Origin: an uncultured Planctomycetota bacterium
GTDB lineage: Bacteria > Planctomycetota > PLA2 > JAEUHO01
Length of the DNA stretch: 64,000 bases
Reading direction: 5' to 3'
Assembly: GCA_963752285.1 (NCBI GenBank)
Contig: CAVVXN010000001.1
Span: 352,001 to 416,000 of the forward strand
The position numbers and the translations under genes are program-made. Under the pieces are notes generated by a model. That model was not told the DNA's origin and made no database searches. It saw nothing but the letters and a program-made list of their open reading frames with translations. This document shows positions 17,900 to 26,723 of the stretch, in pieces. Numbering within the stretch: the stretch's first letter is position 1; every line of letters begins with the position of its first letter.

Positions 17900-20407
17900 A
17901 TGTCGCGTTGGCTCCAGCGGGGCTGGTTCCCCCGCTACCAGTCGGCGCTCCTGTGCGCGGCGTTCCTGATCGGGTCCGCCTGCGGGGGAGGCGGAGGCGG
18001 CTTCGCGTCGAAGCCCGTGATCCCCCCGCCCCCGGGCCTCACGGGCCGCGTCCTCGAGTCGGGCGAGTTCCTCGGACGCCTCGCCGAGGCCGAGCCCAAC
18101 GACGCCGCCAGCCAGCCGCACCGCCTCCCGCCCCTGCCGCCGCGCGCCTCCCTGGAGGTGGCCGGCGCCGTCGGCGCCTCGGCGTCGGAACTCGGTCCCG
18201 CCGACCCGACCGACGCGTTCGCGCTCCAGACGATGGACGACCAGGACGTGACCGCCGTGCTCTCGTGGATCGACACCACGGGCACGGTCGAGGTCGGCGT
18301 GACGGTGTTCGAGCCGGACGACACGACGGTCGTCACGCAGGCGCCGCCCGACGGCTCGCCGCGGACCGTCGTGTTCCGCGCGACCGCGGGCCAGGCGTAC
18401 CGTCTCGTCGTGACGGCGAGCGTCGGCGTCACCACGTACGTCCTCGGGATCTCGGCGGCCGACCCCGCCGCCTTGCTCGAGGCGCCGCCCGCGGCGAAGT
18501 CGTCGCCGCGCGTCAAGCCGTCGGCCCTGCTCGCCGAGTCCTGCGCCGCGAGCCACGTACTCGTCGGTCTCCGCGCGGGCGCGGCCGTCGAGGCGGTCGC
18601 GGGACGGTTCGGCCTCGCGCGCGGCCGGCGGCTCGGGCCGGGGGGATGGGTGCTCGAGCTGCCCGAACCCGTGCGCGGGAAGGTCCTCGATCGCATCCGG
18701 ACGTGGTGCGACCGCCTCTCCCAGGACGGGGACGTCCTCTGGGCGGAGCCCGACTGGTTCGTCCGGCCGCTCGGGACCGCGAACGACCCGGATCTCCCGC
18801 GGCAGTGGAACCTGGCGGCGATCGGGGCCCTCCAGGCGTGGAACGTGACCCGAGGCGCCCCGTCGGTCGTCGTCGGGGTGGTGGACAGCGGCGTCGTGCC
18901 GCACCCCGACCTCGAGGGCCAGCTCGCGAAGGGCTACGACTTCATCTCCGACCGGACCATCGCCGGCGACGGCGACGGACGGGACAGCGACCCGACCGAC
19001 GAAGGGGCCCAGGAACGTCCCTCCGGGCGGAGCGAGTGGCACGGCACCCACGTCGCCGCGATCATCGCCGCGCGCGCGGACGACGGCTACGGGATCGCCG
19101 GCGTCGCGCCCGGTTGTCGCGTGATGCCGCTCCGCGCGCTCGGTCGCGCGGGCGGTCTGGTGAGCGACGTCGCCGACGCGATCCTGTTCGCCGCCGGGCT
19201 GCTCACGACGGAAGACGGGCGGACACTCGCCTCGCCCCTCCGCGTGGTGAACCTCTCGTTCGGGCTGGACGTGGACAGCAGCGTCCTCCGGATCGCGTGC
19301 GAACGCGCGGCGACCGCGGGCGTCTTGCTCGTGGGCGCCTCGGGCAACACGGGGGGCGGGGTCCTCTACCCGGCGGCGTACCCGAGCGTCCTCGCGGTGG
19401 CGGCGGTGGACGCGCGGCTCGACACCCTCGGCTATTCGAACTTCGGGCCGGAGGTCGAGCTCTCGGCCCCGGGCGGCGACCGGGGCGCCGACGCCCAACT
19501 CGACGGCTGGCCCGACGGCGTGCTCTCCGCGGTGCTCGACGACACGGTGAGCCCCCCGGTGCCGTCGCACGCGTACCTGGAGGGCACGAGCCAGGCCGCG
19601 CCGCACGTGGCGGGCGTCGCCGCGCTGCTCCTCTCCGTCGATCCCGGCCTCACGGTCAGCGATCTCAGGACCTTCCTCCTGGGTTCGGCGCTCGACCGGG
19701 GAACGCCTGGGCTCGACGTGGCGTACGGCTGGGGCGTCGTCCAGGCCCACGCGGCGCTGCGGCTCCTCCTGGCCGCCCGGGGGACGCCGCTCTCGACCCC
19801 GCCCGCCTTGTGGGTCGCGTCCCACGGCGTGGGGTTCGAGGGGTTCGACACCACCTTCACGGTGCCGGTCGGGAACGCCGCGGGCGGACGGCTCCTGCTC
19901 GGCGATCCCGCCGCGTACACCGACGACGGCGCGGCTTGGCTCTCCGCCAGCGCGGTCCCGGACGTTCCCGGGATCATCGGTTCGAACGTGAAGGGCATCG
20001 CGATCAACGTGGACCGCGGCATCCTCCGCACGCCCGGTCGCTACGCGGGGGTGGTGACCGTCCGGGACGACGTCGGCACGCCGATCGACCGGATCCAGGT
20101 GGTCGCGTACGTCCAGGGGCGGCGTCTCGCGGGCCGTGACCTCCCGGTGCTCGCCGTGGACTCCTCGACCGGCGTCGCCGGCGTCGGCGACCTGTCCACC
20201 GCGGCGTTCGGGTACCGCTGGTGGCTCCCGGCCCTGCCTCCGGGCTCCTGGAAGGTGAAGGCCGGCCTGGACGGCGACCACGACGGCTTCTTCTGCGAGC
20301 CGACCGACCTGTGCGGCTGGTACGGGGGGACCTCCGAGGCGGACGCCACCGTGGTGGACCTCTCGAAGGACGAGACCGTCGAGGGTCTGGACGTGACCGT
20401 CCACTGA
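17900..20407 (+). CDS. S8 subtilisin-like serine protease, lipoprotein, with accessory beta domains
   Basis: Lipobox-like GSAC followed by GGGGG; catalytic motifs VVDSG, HGTHVA, GTSQAAPHVAG; N-terminal EAEPND/PPC-like region. Confidence 0.93.
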   Translation: MSRWLQRGWFPRYQSALLCAAFLIGSACGGGGGGFASKPVIPPPPGLTGRVLESGEFLGRLAEAEPNDAASQPHRLPPLPPRASLEVAGAVGASASELGPADPTDAFALQTMDDQDVTAVLSWIDTTGTVEVGVTVFEPDDTTVVTQAPPDGSPRTVVFRATAGQAYRLVVTASVGVTTYVLGISAADPAALLEAPPAAKSSPRVKPSALLAESCAASHVLVGLRAGAAVEAVAGRFGLARGRRLGPGGWVLELPEPVRGKVLDRIRTWCDRLSQDGDVLWAEPDWFVRPLGTANDPDLPRQWNLAAIGALQAWNVTRGAPSVVVGVVDSGVVPHPDLEGQLAKGYDFISDRTIAGDGDGRDSDPTDEGAQERPSGRSEWHGTHVAAIIAARADDGYGIAGVAPGCRVMPLRALGRAGGLVSDVADAILFAAGLLTTEDGRTLASPLRVVNLSFGLDVDSSVLRIACERAATAGVLLVGASGNTGGGVLYPAAYPSVLAVAAVDARLDTLGYSNFGPEVELSAPGGDRGADAQLDGWPDGVLSAVLDDTVSPPVPSHAYLEGTSQAAPHVAGVAALLLSVDPGLTVSDLRTFLLGSALDRGTPGLDVAYGWGVVQAHAALRLLLAARGTPLSTPPALWVASHGVGFEGFDTTFTVPVGNAAGGRLLLGDPAAYTDDGAAWLSASAVPDVPGIIGSNVKGIAINVDRGILRTPGRYAGVVTVRDDVGTPIDRIQVVAYVQGRRLAGRDLPVLAVDSSTGVAGVGDLSTAAFGYRWWLPALPPGSWKVKAGLDGDHDGFFCEPTDLCGWYGGTSEADATVVDLSKDETVEGLDVTVH

Positions 20408-20510
20408 CCGGGCGGGCGCGAGGACCCGGGCGCCCCGGAGCCGGTCCCCGATCAAGTCGGGGCGGGCGAAAGGTCGATCAGGCGAGGGGCGGCCCCTCGT
20501 TCGCCCTGGA

Positions 20511-21350
20511 GTGTGCCCGGTGGTCAGCCCCGAGTCACGCAAGGCCGAGCGGATCGCCTGCGAGATCCCCGTGCGCCTCCAGATCGGGGGGATGTGGCAC
20601 GAAGTGGTCGTCGTGGACGCCAGTCGTACGGGCGTCCGGCTCCGGATGACCCTCGAGGACCTCGACGTCCCGGAGGGCGCGGGTCTCGGCGCCGTGGCCG
20701 CCTACCTGGAGCGCGCCCTCCCGCGCCGTGCGCCGGCCCAGTTCCATCCCGAACGGCTCGGTGGACTCGTCGAGCGGAACCTGACGATCGTCCGGATCGC
20801 GATCACGGAGGGCGCGCTGGCCCACGTCGAGGTCGGGTGCCGACTCGACCGTCCGCTGAACGACATCGAGGTGGCGGCGCTCGGCCTGCCCCTGCCGCCC
20901 GAGGGGCAGGAGTCGGGCTCCGCGGTGCGGCGCCGCGTGCGAACCGGCTCCCTCCACGCGGACGCGCACAGCACGGGCGCCAACCACGCGCGCCCCCTCA
21001 AGCGCTTCCGGGTGGTGGTGACGGGTCGCGAGGCCTCGCGTCAGGATCCACTCGTCAGCACGACCGACGAGGTGAGCGACGTCGGCGTCGTCCTGCGCCT
21101 CCGCGACCCGCTCGTCTTCGACTGCGAGGCGGGGTCCGGCGACGTGCGCGAGCTGGCCGCCGCGTTCACGAGGCAGTACGGACCGATGGTGGACCTCGCG
21201 ATCCACGAAGGGTCCGTCTCGGTGTTCCGCGGGCCCGCGAAGCTCGTGCGCATCGAGACGGTCGCGGTCGGCTCCGACGTGCTCGAGGTCGGCTTCGCGT
21301 TCGGCCGCGCCCTGGAGCCCGCCGAGCGCCGCGCGCTCCGGCTCGCCTGA
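20511..21350 (+). CDS. Tandem PilZ-like domain protein
   Basis: RKAER (RxxxR) and DASRTG (DxSxxG) in domain 1; a degenerate second domain (EVSDVG...VGFAF). Start is uncertain (20511 or 20520). Confidence 0.7.
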   Translation: MCPVVSPESRKAERIACEIPVRLQIGGMWHEVVVVDASRTGVRLRMTLEDLDVPEGAGLGAVAAYLERALPRRAPAQFHPERLGGLVERNLTIVRIAITEGALAHVEVGCRLDRPLNDIEVAALGLPLPPEGQESGSAVRRRVRTGSLHADAHSTGANHARPLKRFRVVVTGREASRQDPLVSTTDEVSDVGVVLRLRDPLVFDCEAGSGDVRELAAAFTRQYGPMVDLAIHEGSVSVFRGPAKLVRIETVAVGSDVLEVGFAFGRALEPAERRALRLA

Positions 21351-21363
21351 CGCGCCCGGCGCG

Positions 21364-22584
21364 TCAGGCCGACGTCGCCTTGCCCGCCGCGTCGGGCGCG
21401 GGCTGGCCCGGGGTCCCGAGTCCGCGTGCGACGACGAACGTGAGCGCGATGAGGACCGCGGCGATGCCGTAGGGGAGGCGGACGTCCGTGCCGAGGAGCG
21501 CGGTGCCCACGGCCGGGCCCGCGATGCGTGCGAGGCTCCGCATCGACTCGCCGACGCCCAGCACCTCGCCCTGCACGTTCGAGGCCGCGCGCTGCGACAG
21601 CAGGCTCGTGAGCGACGGGGTCATCATCGCGAAGCCGAACACGGCGAGCGGGATCACCGCGCCGAGCAGGATCACGCTCGACGCGTACGGGATGACCACG
21701 AGGCCGACCACGAGCACGACCGCGCCGATCTGCGTGAACCGCACCTCGCCCACGCGGGGCAGGTACTTCCGCACGAACCAGCCCTGGGCCACGGCGAGCC
21801 ACAGCCCGACGTAGGAGAACAGCCAGCCGTTCCGGGCGGGGTTCCACCCGGCGAACCGGTCCTTGGCGAGGAGCGCGAGCGTGCTCTCGAGCATCGCGAA
21901 GGCGCTCGTCACCACGAACACGAGGAACAGGATCCGGGCGACGCCGGGGATTCTGCGCGCCCGGGCGAATCCGGTGAGGCCGAGCGCCCCTCGCGCGGGC
22001 GCGGGCTCGTGGTGGACCGGCTCGGGCAGGCGGAAGAACGCGAAGGCGAAGGCGACCGCCGAGAACGACGCCGCGATCAGGCCGGGCGCCAGCGGCCCGA
22101 GGGCCTGGTGGCCGATCCCGCCGATCGCCGGGCCGACCGTCAGCCCGATCCCGAATGCCGCGCCGATGAGCGCCATGCCGCGCCCGCGCTCGTGGTGTTC
22201 CGTCACGTCGGCGATGTACGCGAGCGCGGTGGTCACCGTGCCGCCGAACACGCCGGCGCCGATCCGCGAGACGAAGAGCAGGAGGATCGGGTACGACGAG
22301 ACGTCCGCGAGCGCGAACAGGACGTACGAGGCGAACGACCCACAGAGGCCGACGAGCAGGATCGGTCGGCGCCCGACGCGGTCGGAGAGGCGGCCCCAGA
22401 AGGGCGCGAAGACGAACTGCATGGCCGAGAACGACGAGAACAGCAGTCCTACGACCCAGTCCGCGGCGCCGTACCGCTCCGCGTAGAGGGGGAGCAGCGG
22501 CAGCACGAGTCCGAAGCCCAGGAGGTCGATGACGACGGTCAGGAAGACCGCGGCGAGCGGAGATCGCTTCGAAGAACGTTCCAT
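21364..22584 (-). CDS. MFS transporter, TetA/DHA1-like
   Basis: IDLLGFGLVLPLLP; motif A GRLSDRVGRRP; GAAFGIGLTVGPAIGG. Confidence 0.93.
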   Translation of the reverse strand: MERSSKRSPLAAVFLTVVIDLLGFGLVLPLLPLYAERYGAADWVVGLLFSSFSAMQFVFAPFWGRLSDRVGRRPILLVGLCGSFASYVLFALADVSSYPILLLFVSRIGAGVFGGTVTTALAYIADVTEHHERGRGMALIGAAFGIGLTVGPAIGGIGHQALGPLAPGLIAASFSAVAFAFAFFRLPEPVHHEPAPARGALGLTGFARARRIPGVARILFLVFVVTSAFAMLESTLALLAKDRFAGWNPARNGWLFSYVGLWLAVAQGWFVRKYLPRVGEVRFTQIGAVVLVVGLVVIPYASSVILLGAVIPLAVFGFAMMTPSLTSLLSQRAASNVQGEVLGVGESMRSLARIAGPAVGTALLGTDVRLPYGIAAVLIALTFVVARGLGTPGQPAPDAAGKATSA

Positions 22585-22639
22585 GAGGTCCTACCGGGTG
22601 AGCGTAGGATTCTACGGAGTCATCAGCCGCGAGCAGCGA

Positions 22640-23197
22640 ATGCGGATCTACACGCGTCAGGGCGACGACGGATCGACCGGGCTCTACGGAGGGGGCCGGG
22701 TCAGCAAGGCGAGTCCGCGGGTCGAGGCCTACGGCCTCGTGGACGAGACGAGTGCGGTGCTCGGATGGGCGCGGGCCGCGCACCTGCCGTCGGAGCTCGA
22801 CGAGGTCCTCGCGCGCCTCCAGGACGACTGCTTCCGTCTCGGCGCCTGGCTCGCGAGCGTGCCGGGAAAGGACCCCGGCGTCCCCGCGATCGGCGACGAC
22901 GACGTGCGCGCCGTCGAGCGGTGGATCGACGGCTTCGAGGCCACGCTCGCGCCCCTCAAGACCTTCGTCGTGGCCGGCGGCTCGGAGGGCGCCGCGCGGC
23001 TCCACGTGGCGCGGACGGTGGCCCGTCGCGCGGAACGCGGCCTGGTGGACCTCGCACGCGAGGAGTCCGTGGGGCCCCGGGTAATGGCGTGGTGGAACCG
23101 CGTGTCGGACCTCCTCTTCGTGATGGCGCGCGCGGCGAACGCGAGGGCGGGCGTCGCCGACGTGCCGTGGGCGCCGCGCAGGTCGGACCCGCGATGA
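22640..23197 (+). CDS. pduO: ATP:cob(I)alamin adenosyltransferase, PduO type
   Basis: MRIYTRQGDDGSTGL, AYGLVDE, ARTVARRAER, NRVSDLLF. Confidence 0.92.
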   Translation: MRIYTRQGDDGSTGLYGGGRVSKASPRVEAYGLVDETSAVLGWARAAHLPSELDEVLARLQDDCFRLGAWLASVPGKDPGVPAIGDDDVRAVERWIDGFEATLAPLKTFVVAGGSEGAARLHVARTVARRAERGLVDLAREESVGPRVMAWWNRVSDLLFVMARAANARAGVADVPWAPRRSDPR

Positions 23198-24216
23198 GCC
23201 TCTCCGCGTGGCTCGACGCGCGCGGCGCGAGGCGCGGCCCGGGCGGACGCGTGCGCCACCTGGCGGACCCCGGCCGGGAGACGCGTGCGGCGCTCGAGGG
23301 CGCGGCCCTCCTCGTGCGGGAGGGCTGGCGGGTCGTTCGCGTCGCGGGGAACGACGCGGCGGGCTACCTCCACCGCATGACGAGCCAGGACGTCGTCGGC
23401 CTGGCCCCAGGTCGCGCCGCCTGGGCGCTCGTCCTCACGTCGAAGGGGAAGATCCTCGGGGACCCGTGGATCTGGCACGTCGCGGACGGTTGGCTCCTCG
23501 ACCTCGACCCCCGCGCCGGCGACGCGACCCTCTCGACCCTCGAGCGCTACGTGATCGCGGACGACGTGTCGTTCTCCGACGAGACGGACGCGAGCGCGCG
23601 TCTCCTCCTCCTGGGTCGCGAGACCTCGCGCGCGCTCGCGGCGGCGGGCCTCCCGCGTCCCGATCCCGGCCACGTGGCGGACGCGACGCTCGATGGCGTG
23701 GCGATGCGGCTTCTCGGGCGCGCTTTCGGCTCGACGTTCGCGGTCGAGGTGCTGGCGCCGGCCGAGGCCGGCGAGGCGCTCGCCGAGGCGCTCCTTCGCG
23801 GGACGGGCGCGTCGCTCGTCGGCGAGGACGCCCTCGACGCGCTCCGCGCGCGCGAGCGCGTGCCCGCGTTCGGGGCGGAGCTCGGTCCCGAGACGATGCC
23901 CCTCGAGGCCCGGCTCGACGACCTCGCGATCTCGTGGAAGAAGGGCTGCTACCCCGGTCAGGAGCCCGTCGCGATGGCGAAGTACCGCGGGCGGCCGCCG
24001 CACCTCCTCGCGCGCGTCCGGCTCGTGGGCGCGGACGGGGGGCCCGGCCGCCGCCTGCTCAAGGACGGCCGCGACGCGGGTCGCGTCACGACGGTCTCGG
24101 CCGTGAACGAGGCCGAGGGCGTCCTGGCGCTCGCGCTCGTCCGCACGGCGTTCGCCGACGAGGAGACCACGTTCGAGGTGGAGGGCGGCGGGACCGCGCG
24201 GACGCTCCCGGGGTGA
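23194..24216 (+). CDS. ygfZ: YgfZ/GcvT-like folate-binding protein
   Basis: ATGA overlap with pduO; KGCYPGQE signature. Confidence 0.85.
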   Translation: MSLSAWLDARGARRGPGGRVRHLADPGRETRAALEGAALLVREGWRVVRVAGNDAAGYLHRMTSQDVVGLAPGRAAWALVLTSKGKILGDPWIWHVADGWLLDLDPRAGDATLSTLERYVIADDVSFSDETDASARLLLLGRETSRALAAAGLPRPDPGHVADATLDGVAMRLLGRAFGSTFAVEVLAPAEAGEALAEALLRGTGASLVGEDALDALRARERVPAFGAELGPETMPLEARLDDLAISWKKGCYPGQEPVAMAKYRGRPPHLLARVRLVGADGGPGRRLLKDGRDAGRVTTVSAVNEAEGVLALALVRTAFADEETTFEVEGGGTARTLPG

Positions 24217-24259
24217 CGGTCCCGCCCCGCGCGGTCCACGGTCGCGCTACCCTCCGGGC

Positions 24260-25033
24260 ATGACCGACACGTCCCCCCTACGGGACCGCACCGCGATCGT
24301 GACGGGCGCCTCGCGCGGCATCGGCGCCGCGATCGCCCGGCGACTCGCCGAGGAGGGCGCGCTCGTGCTCCTCGTCGCGCGGGGCGAGGACGAGCTCGAA
24401 GGGGTCGCCGCGTCGATCCGCGCCACCGGAGGGCACGCCGAAGCGCGGGCGGTGGACGTCACCGACAGGGCGGCCTCCACGGCGGCCGTCGAGGCGTGGC
24501 GGTCGGCGCACGGGCCGGTCCACATCCTCGTGAACAACGCCGGCGGCAACGTCCGGAAGCCCGCCGAGGCGTACGAGCTCTCCGAGTGGGACGCCCTCGT
24601 CTCGCTCTCGCTGGGCTCGCCCTTCCACTGGTCGCGTCTCGTGTTCCCCGGGATGCGCGAGGCGAGGTTCGGACGCATCGTGAACGTCGCCAGCGTGGCC
24701 GGGCTGGTCGCGCTGCCGACGGGGGCGCCCTACGCCGCGGCGAAGGCCGGGCTCGTGCAGCTCACGAAGAACCTGGCGCGGGAATGGGGGCCCCACGGCA
24801 TCACCGTGAACGCGGTCGCGCCGTGGTACGTGCGGACGCCCCTGACCGAAGGCGTGCTCTCCGACGAGGCGTACCTCGGCGCGGTACTCGCCCAGACGCC
24901 GGTGGGTCGCATCGGTCGGCCCGAGGAGGTCGCCCGCGCCGTCGCGTTCCTCGCGGGTCCCGACGCCGCCTGGATCAACGGGGTGACCCTCCCCCTCGAC
25001 GGCGGGTTCACGGCCGCCGGGTTCTTTCCCTGA
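24260..25033 (+). CDS. Short-chain dehydrogenase/reductase
   Basis: TGASRGIG, NNAG, YAAAK. Confidence 0.95.
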   Translation: MTDTSPLRDRTAIVTGASRGIGAAIARRLAEEGALVLLVARGEDELEGVAASIRATGGHAEARAVDVTDRAASTAAVEAWRSAHGPVHILVNNAGGNVRKPAEAYELSEWDALVSLSLGSPFHWSRLVFPGMREARFGRIVNVASVAGLVALPTGAPYAAAKAGLVQLTKNLAREWGPHGITVNAVAPWYVRTPLTEGVLSDEAYLGAVLAQTPVGRIGRPEEVARAVAFLAGPDAAWINGVTLPLDGGFTAAGFFP

Positions 25034-25127
25034 TCCCCGATCCCGGCGCGGCACGGGGAGGATGGACCGCGCGCGGCCGGTTCGGCGGCGCGAGGTGTAC
25101 CCTCGTCGTGACCCGAGGAGCCTTCCC

Positions 25128-26300
25128 ATGCGAACCCCGGCCCGACTCGCGCTGCTCGTGTCGCTGGCCGTGCTCCTCTCGCGACCGGCGCCGGCCGCGG
25201 AGGACATGACGCGCCTCGAGAAGCAGGCGGCGAAGGAGGCGGAGAAGATCGCCGCCACGTGGGTCGACCTCGCGAGGGACCTCGCGAAGCGGGGCATGAG
25301 GTCGGCCGCCGCCGACGCGCTGGGCCGCGCCGAAGCCCTCCTCCCGGAGGCGGAGGGGCTGAAGGACGTTCGCGCCGAGGTCGACGCGCTCGAGGGCGAC
25401 AAGGACCTCGACCCGGACGCCGAGAAGCTCGTCGCCAAGGCGAAGGCCGCCGCGGCGAAAGGCTGCGAGCGGATGTCGAAGGTCTTCGCGCGGGAGACCG
25501 AGGATCCGCGCTACACGCGCTACCTGATCGAAGCGTTCCTCCTCGAGCCCACGAAGCCGAGACAGGCGAAGGTCGCGGACCTCGCGAAGAAGGCGCCGCT
25601 CCTCCTGCAGGTCCCCGGGCACCCGATGGCGGCGTACGTGTCGTTTCCGAGCGCGTGGAAGCCGGGGAAGGAGTGGCCGGTCCTCGTCTCGGTCGAGGGC
25701 GCGGGCTCGAACTTCAAGGGGAACGCCGAGGAGTTCCGGAACGCGCGGGGCTCGCGGCCCTTCATCACCGTGTCGCCCCACGCCCTCTCGTGCACGAACG
25801 AGGTGAAGCTCGATCGCTACCCGGCCTACTCGAAGGAGCTGGTGGAGAAGTGGAACGGCCGCCGGATCGAGTTCGACGTGCCGGGTCTCCTCGGGATCCT
25901 CGACTTCCTCCACGAGGGATTCGGCGCGTCCGAGAAGGTCGCCATCACCGGCTTCTCGGGCGGCGGGTTCCTGTGCTACGCGATGGTCCTCGAGCACCCG
26001 GAGCGGATCCTCTGCGCGGCGCCGGCGTGCCCGAACTTCCAGCCCGGGCTCGCGGAGGGGGCGAAGACGCCCGACGACGGGGGGCCGCCCATCCACATCA
26101 TGACGGGCGAGAAGGACCCGAACCGCCTCCTCACCCACGGCACCACCCCGCCGGGGATCGAGGAGCAGACCGACTGGGCGGTGAAGGCCCTCGCGGACCA
26201 CGGGTTCACGAAGGTGACGCGCGTGATGCTGCCGGGGGTTGCCCACCAGGCCCTTCCCGCCCAAGTCTGGACCTTCCTCGACTCGGTCACCGGCGACTGA
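25128..26300 (+). CDS. Secreted alpha/beta-hydrolase-fold protein
   Basis: GAGGAG before ATG 25128; signal peptide; nucleophile elbow GFSGGG; GEKD and C-terminal VAH. Confidence 0.75.
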   Translation: MRTPARLALLVSLAVLLSRPAPAAEDMTRLEKQAAKEAEKIAATWVDLARDLAKRGMRSAAADALGRAEALLPEAEGLKDVRAEVDALEGDKDLDPDAEKLVAKAKAAAAKGCERMSKVFARETEDPRYTRYLIEAFLLEPTKPRQAKVADLAKKAPLLLQVPGHPMAAYVSFPSAWKPGKEWPVLVSVEGAGSNFKGNAEEFRNARGSRPFITVSPHALSCTNEVKLDRYPAYSKELVEKWNGRRIEFDVPGLLGILDFLHEGFGASEKVAITGFSGGGFLCYAMVLEHPERILCAAPACPNFQPGLAEGAKTPDDGGPPIHIMTGEKDPNRLLTHGTTPPGIEEQTDWAVKALADHGFTKVTRVMLPGVAHQALPAQVWTFLDSVTGD

Positions 26301-26395
26301 GAGCGTCGCATCCCGACCCTTCCTCCTCCTTGCGTACATTCGTACGCGGCGTCGTCGTCATGGCCGGCCTGCGAGGCTCTCAGTCGCCGGTGACC
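26285..26395. repeat. Palindromic element, copy A
   Basis: Perfect 20-bp outer stem (26285-26304 / 26376-26395) enclosing the 49-nt core 26317-26365 shared with copies B and C. Confidence 0.85.
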
Positions 26396-26413
26396 CCGCG
26401 TGCGGTGGGGGGC

Positions 26414-26665
26414 GGCGCGCTCGCTCGCCCTCGGCGGCGTGCGGAGCACGCCGCCGAGGGCGTCGCCTCGCGGGGGGGCGCGCTCGCTCGCCCTTGGCGG
26501 CGTGCGGAGCACGCCGCCGAGGGCGTCGCCTCGCGGGGTGGGGGCGCGCTCGCTCGCCCTTGGCGGCGTGCGGAGCACGCCGCCGGGGGCGTCGCCTCGC
26601 GGGGGGGGGCGCGCTCGCTTGGGCTTGGCGGCGTGCGACGCACGCCGCCGGGGGCGTCGCATTGC
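26414..26665. repeat. Tandem array of 4 hairpin units, ~63-66 bp each
   Basis: Unit GGCGCGCTCGCTCGCCCTYGGCGGCGTGC-GGA-GCACGCCGCCGRGGGCGTCGCCTCGCG; units start near 26414, 26477, 26543 and 26608; the last is degenerate. Confidence 0.88.
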
Positions 26666-26723
26666 GGGGGGGGTCGCATTGCGGGGGGGCGGCGGTTTGC
26701 GGGGGGATTGGCGGGACGGGGGG

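Noticed and set aside
22585..22639. Cobalamin riboswitch upstream of pduO
   Set aside because: Only 55 nt separate the divergent genes and no B12-box is visible.
26414..26665. CRISPR array
   Set aside because: Units are near-identical along their whole length, with no unique spacers and no cas genes in the window.
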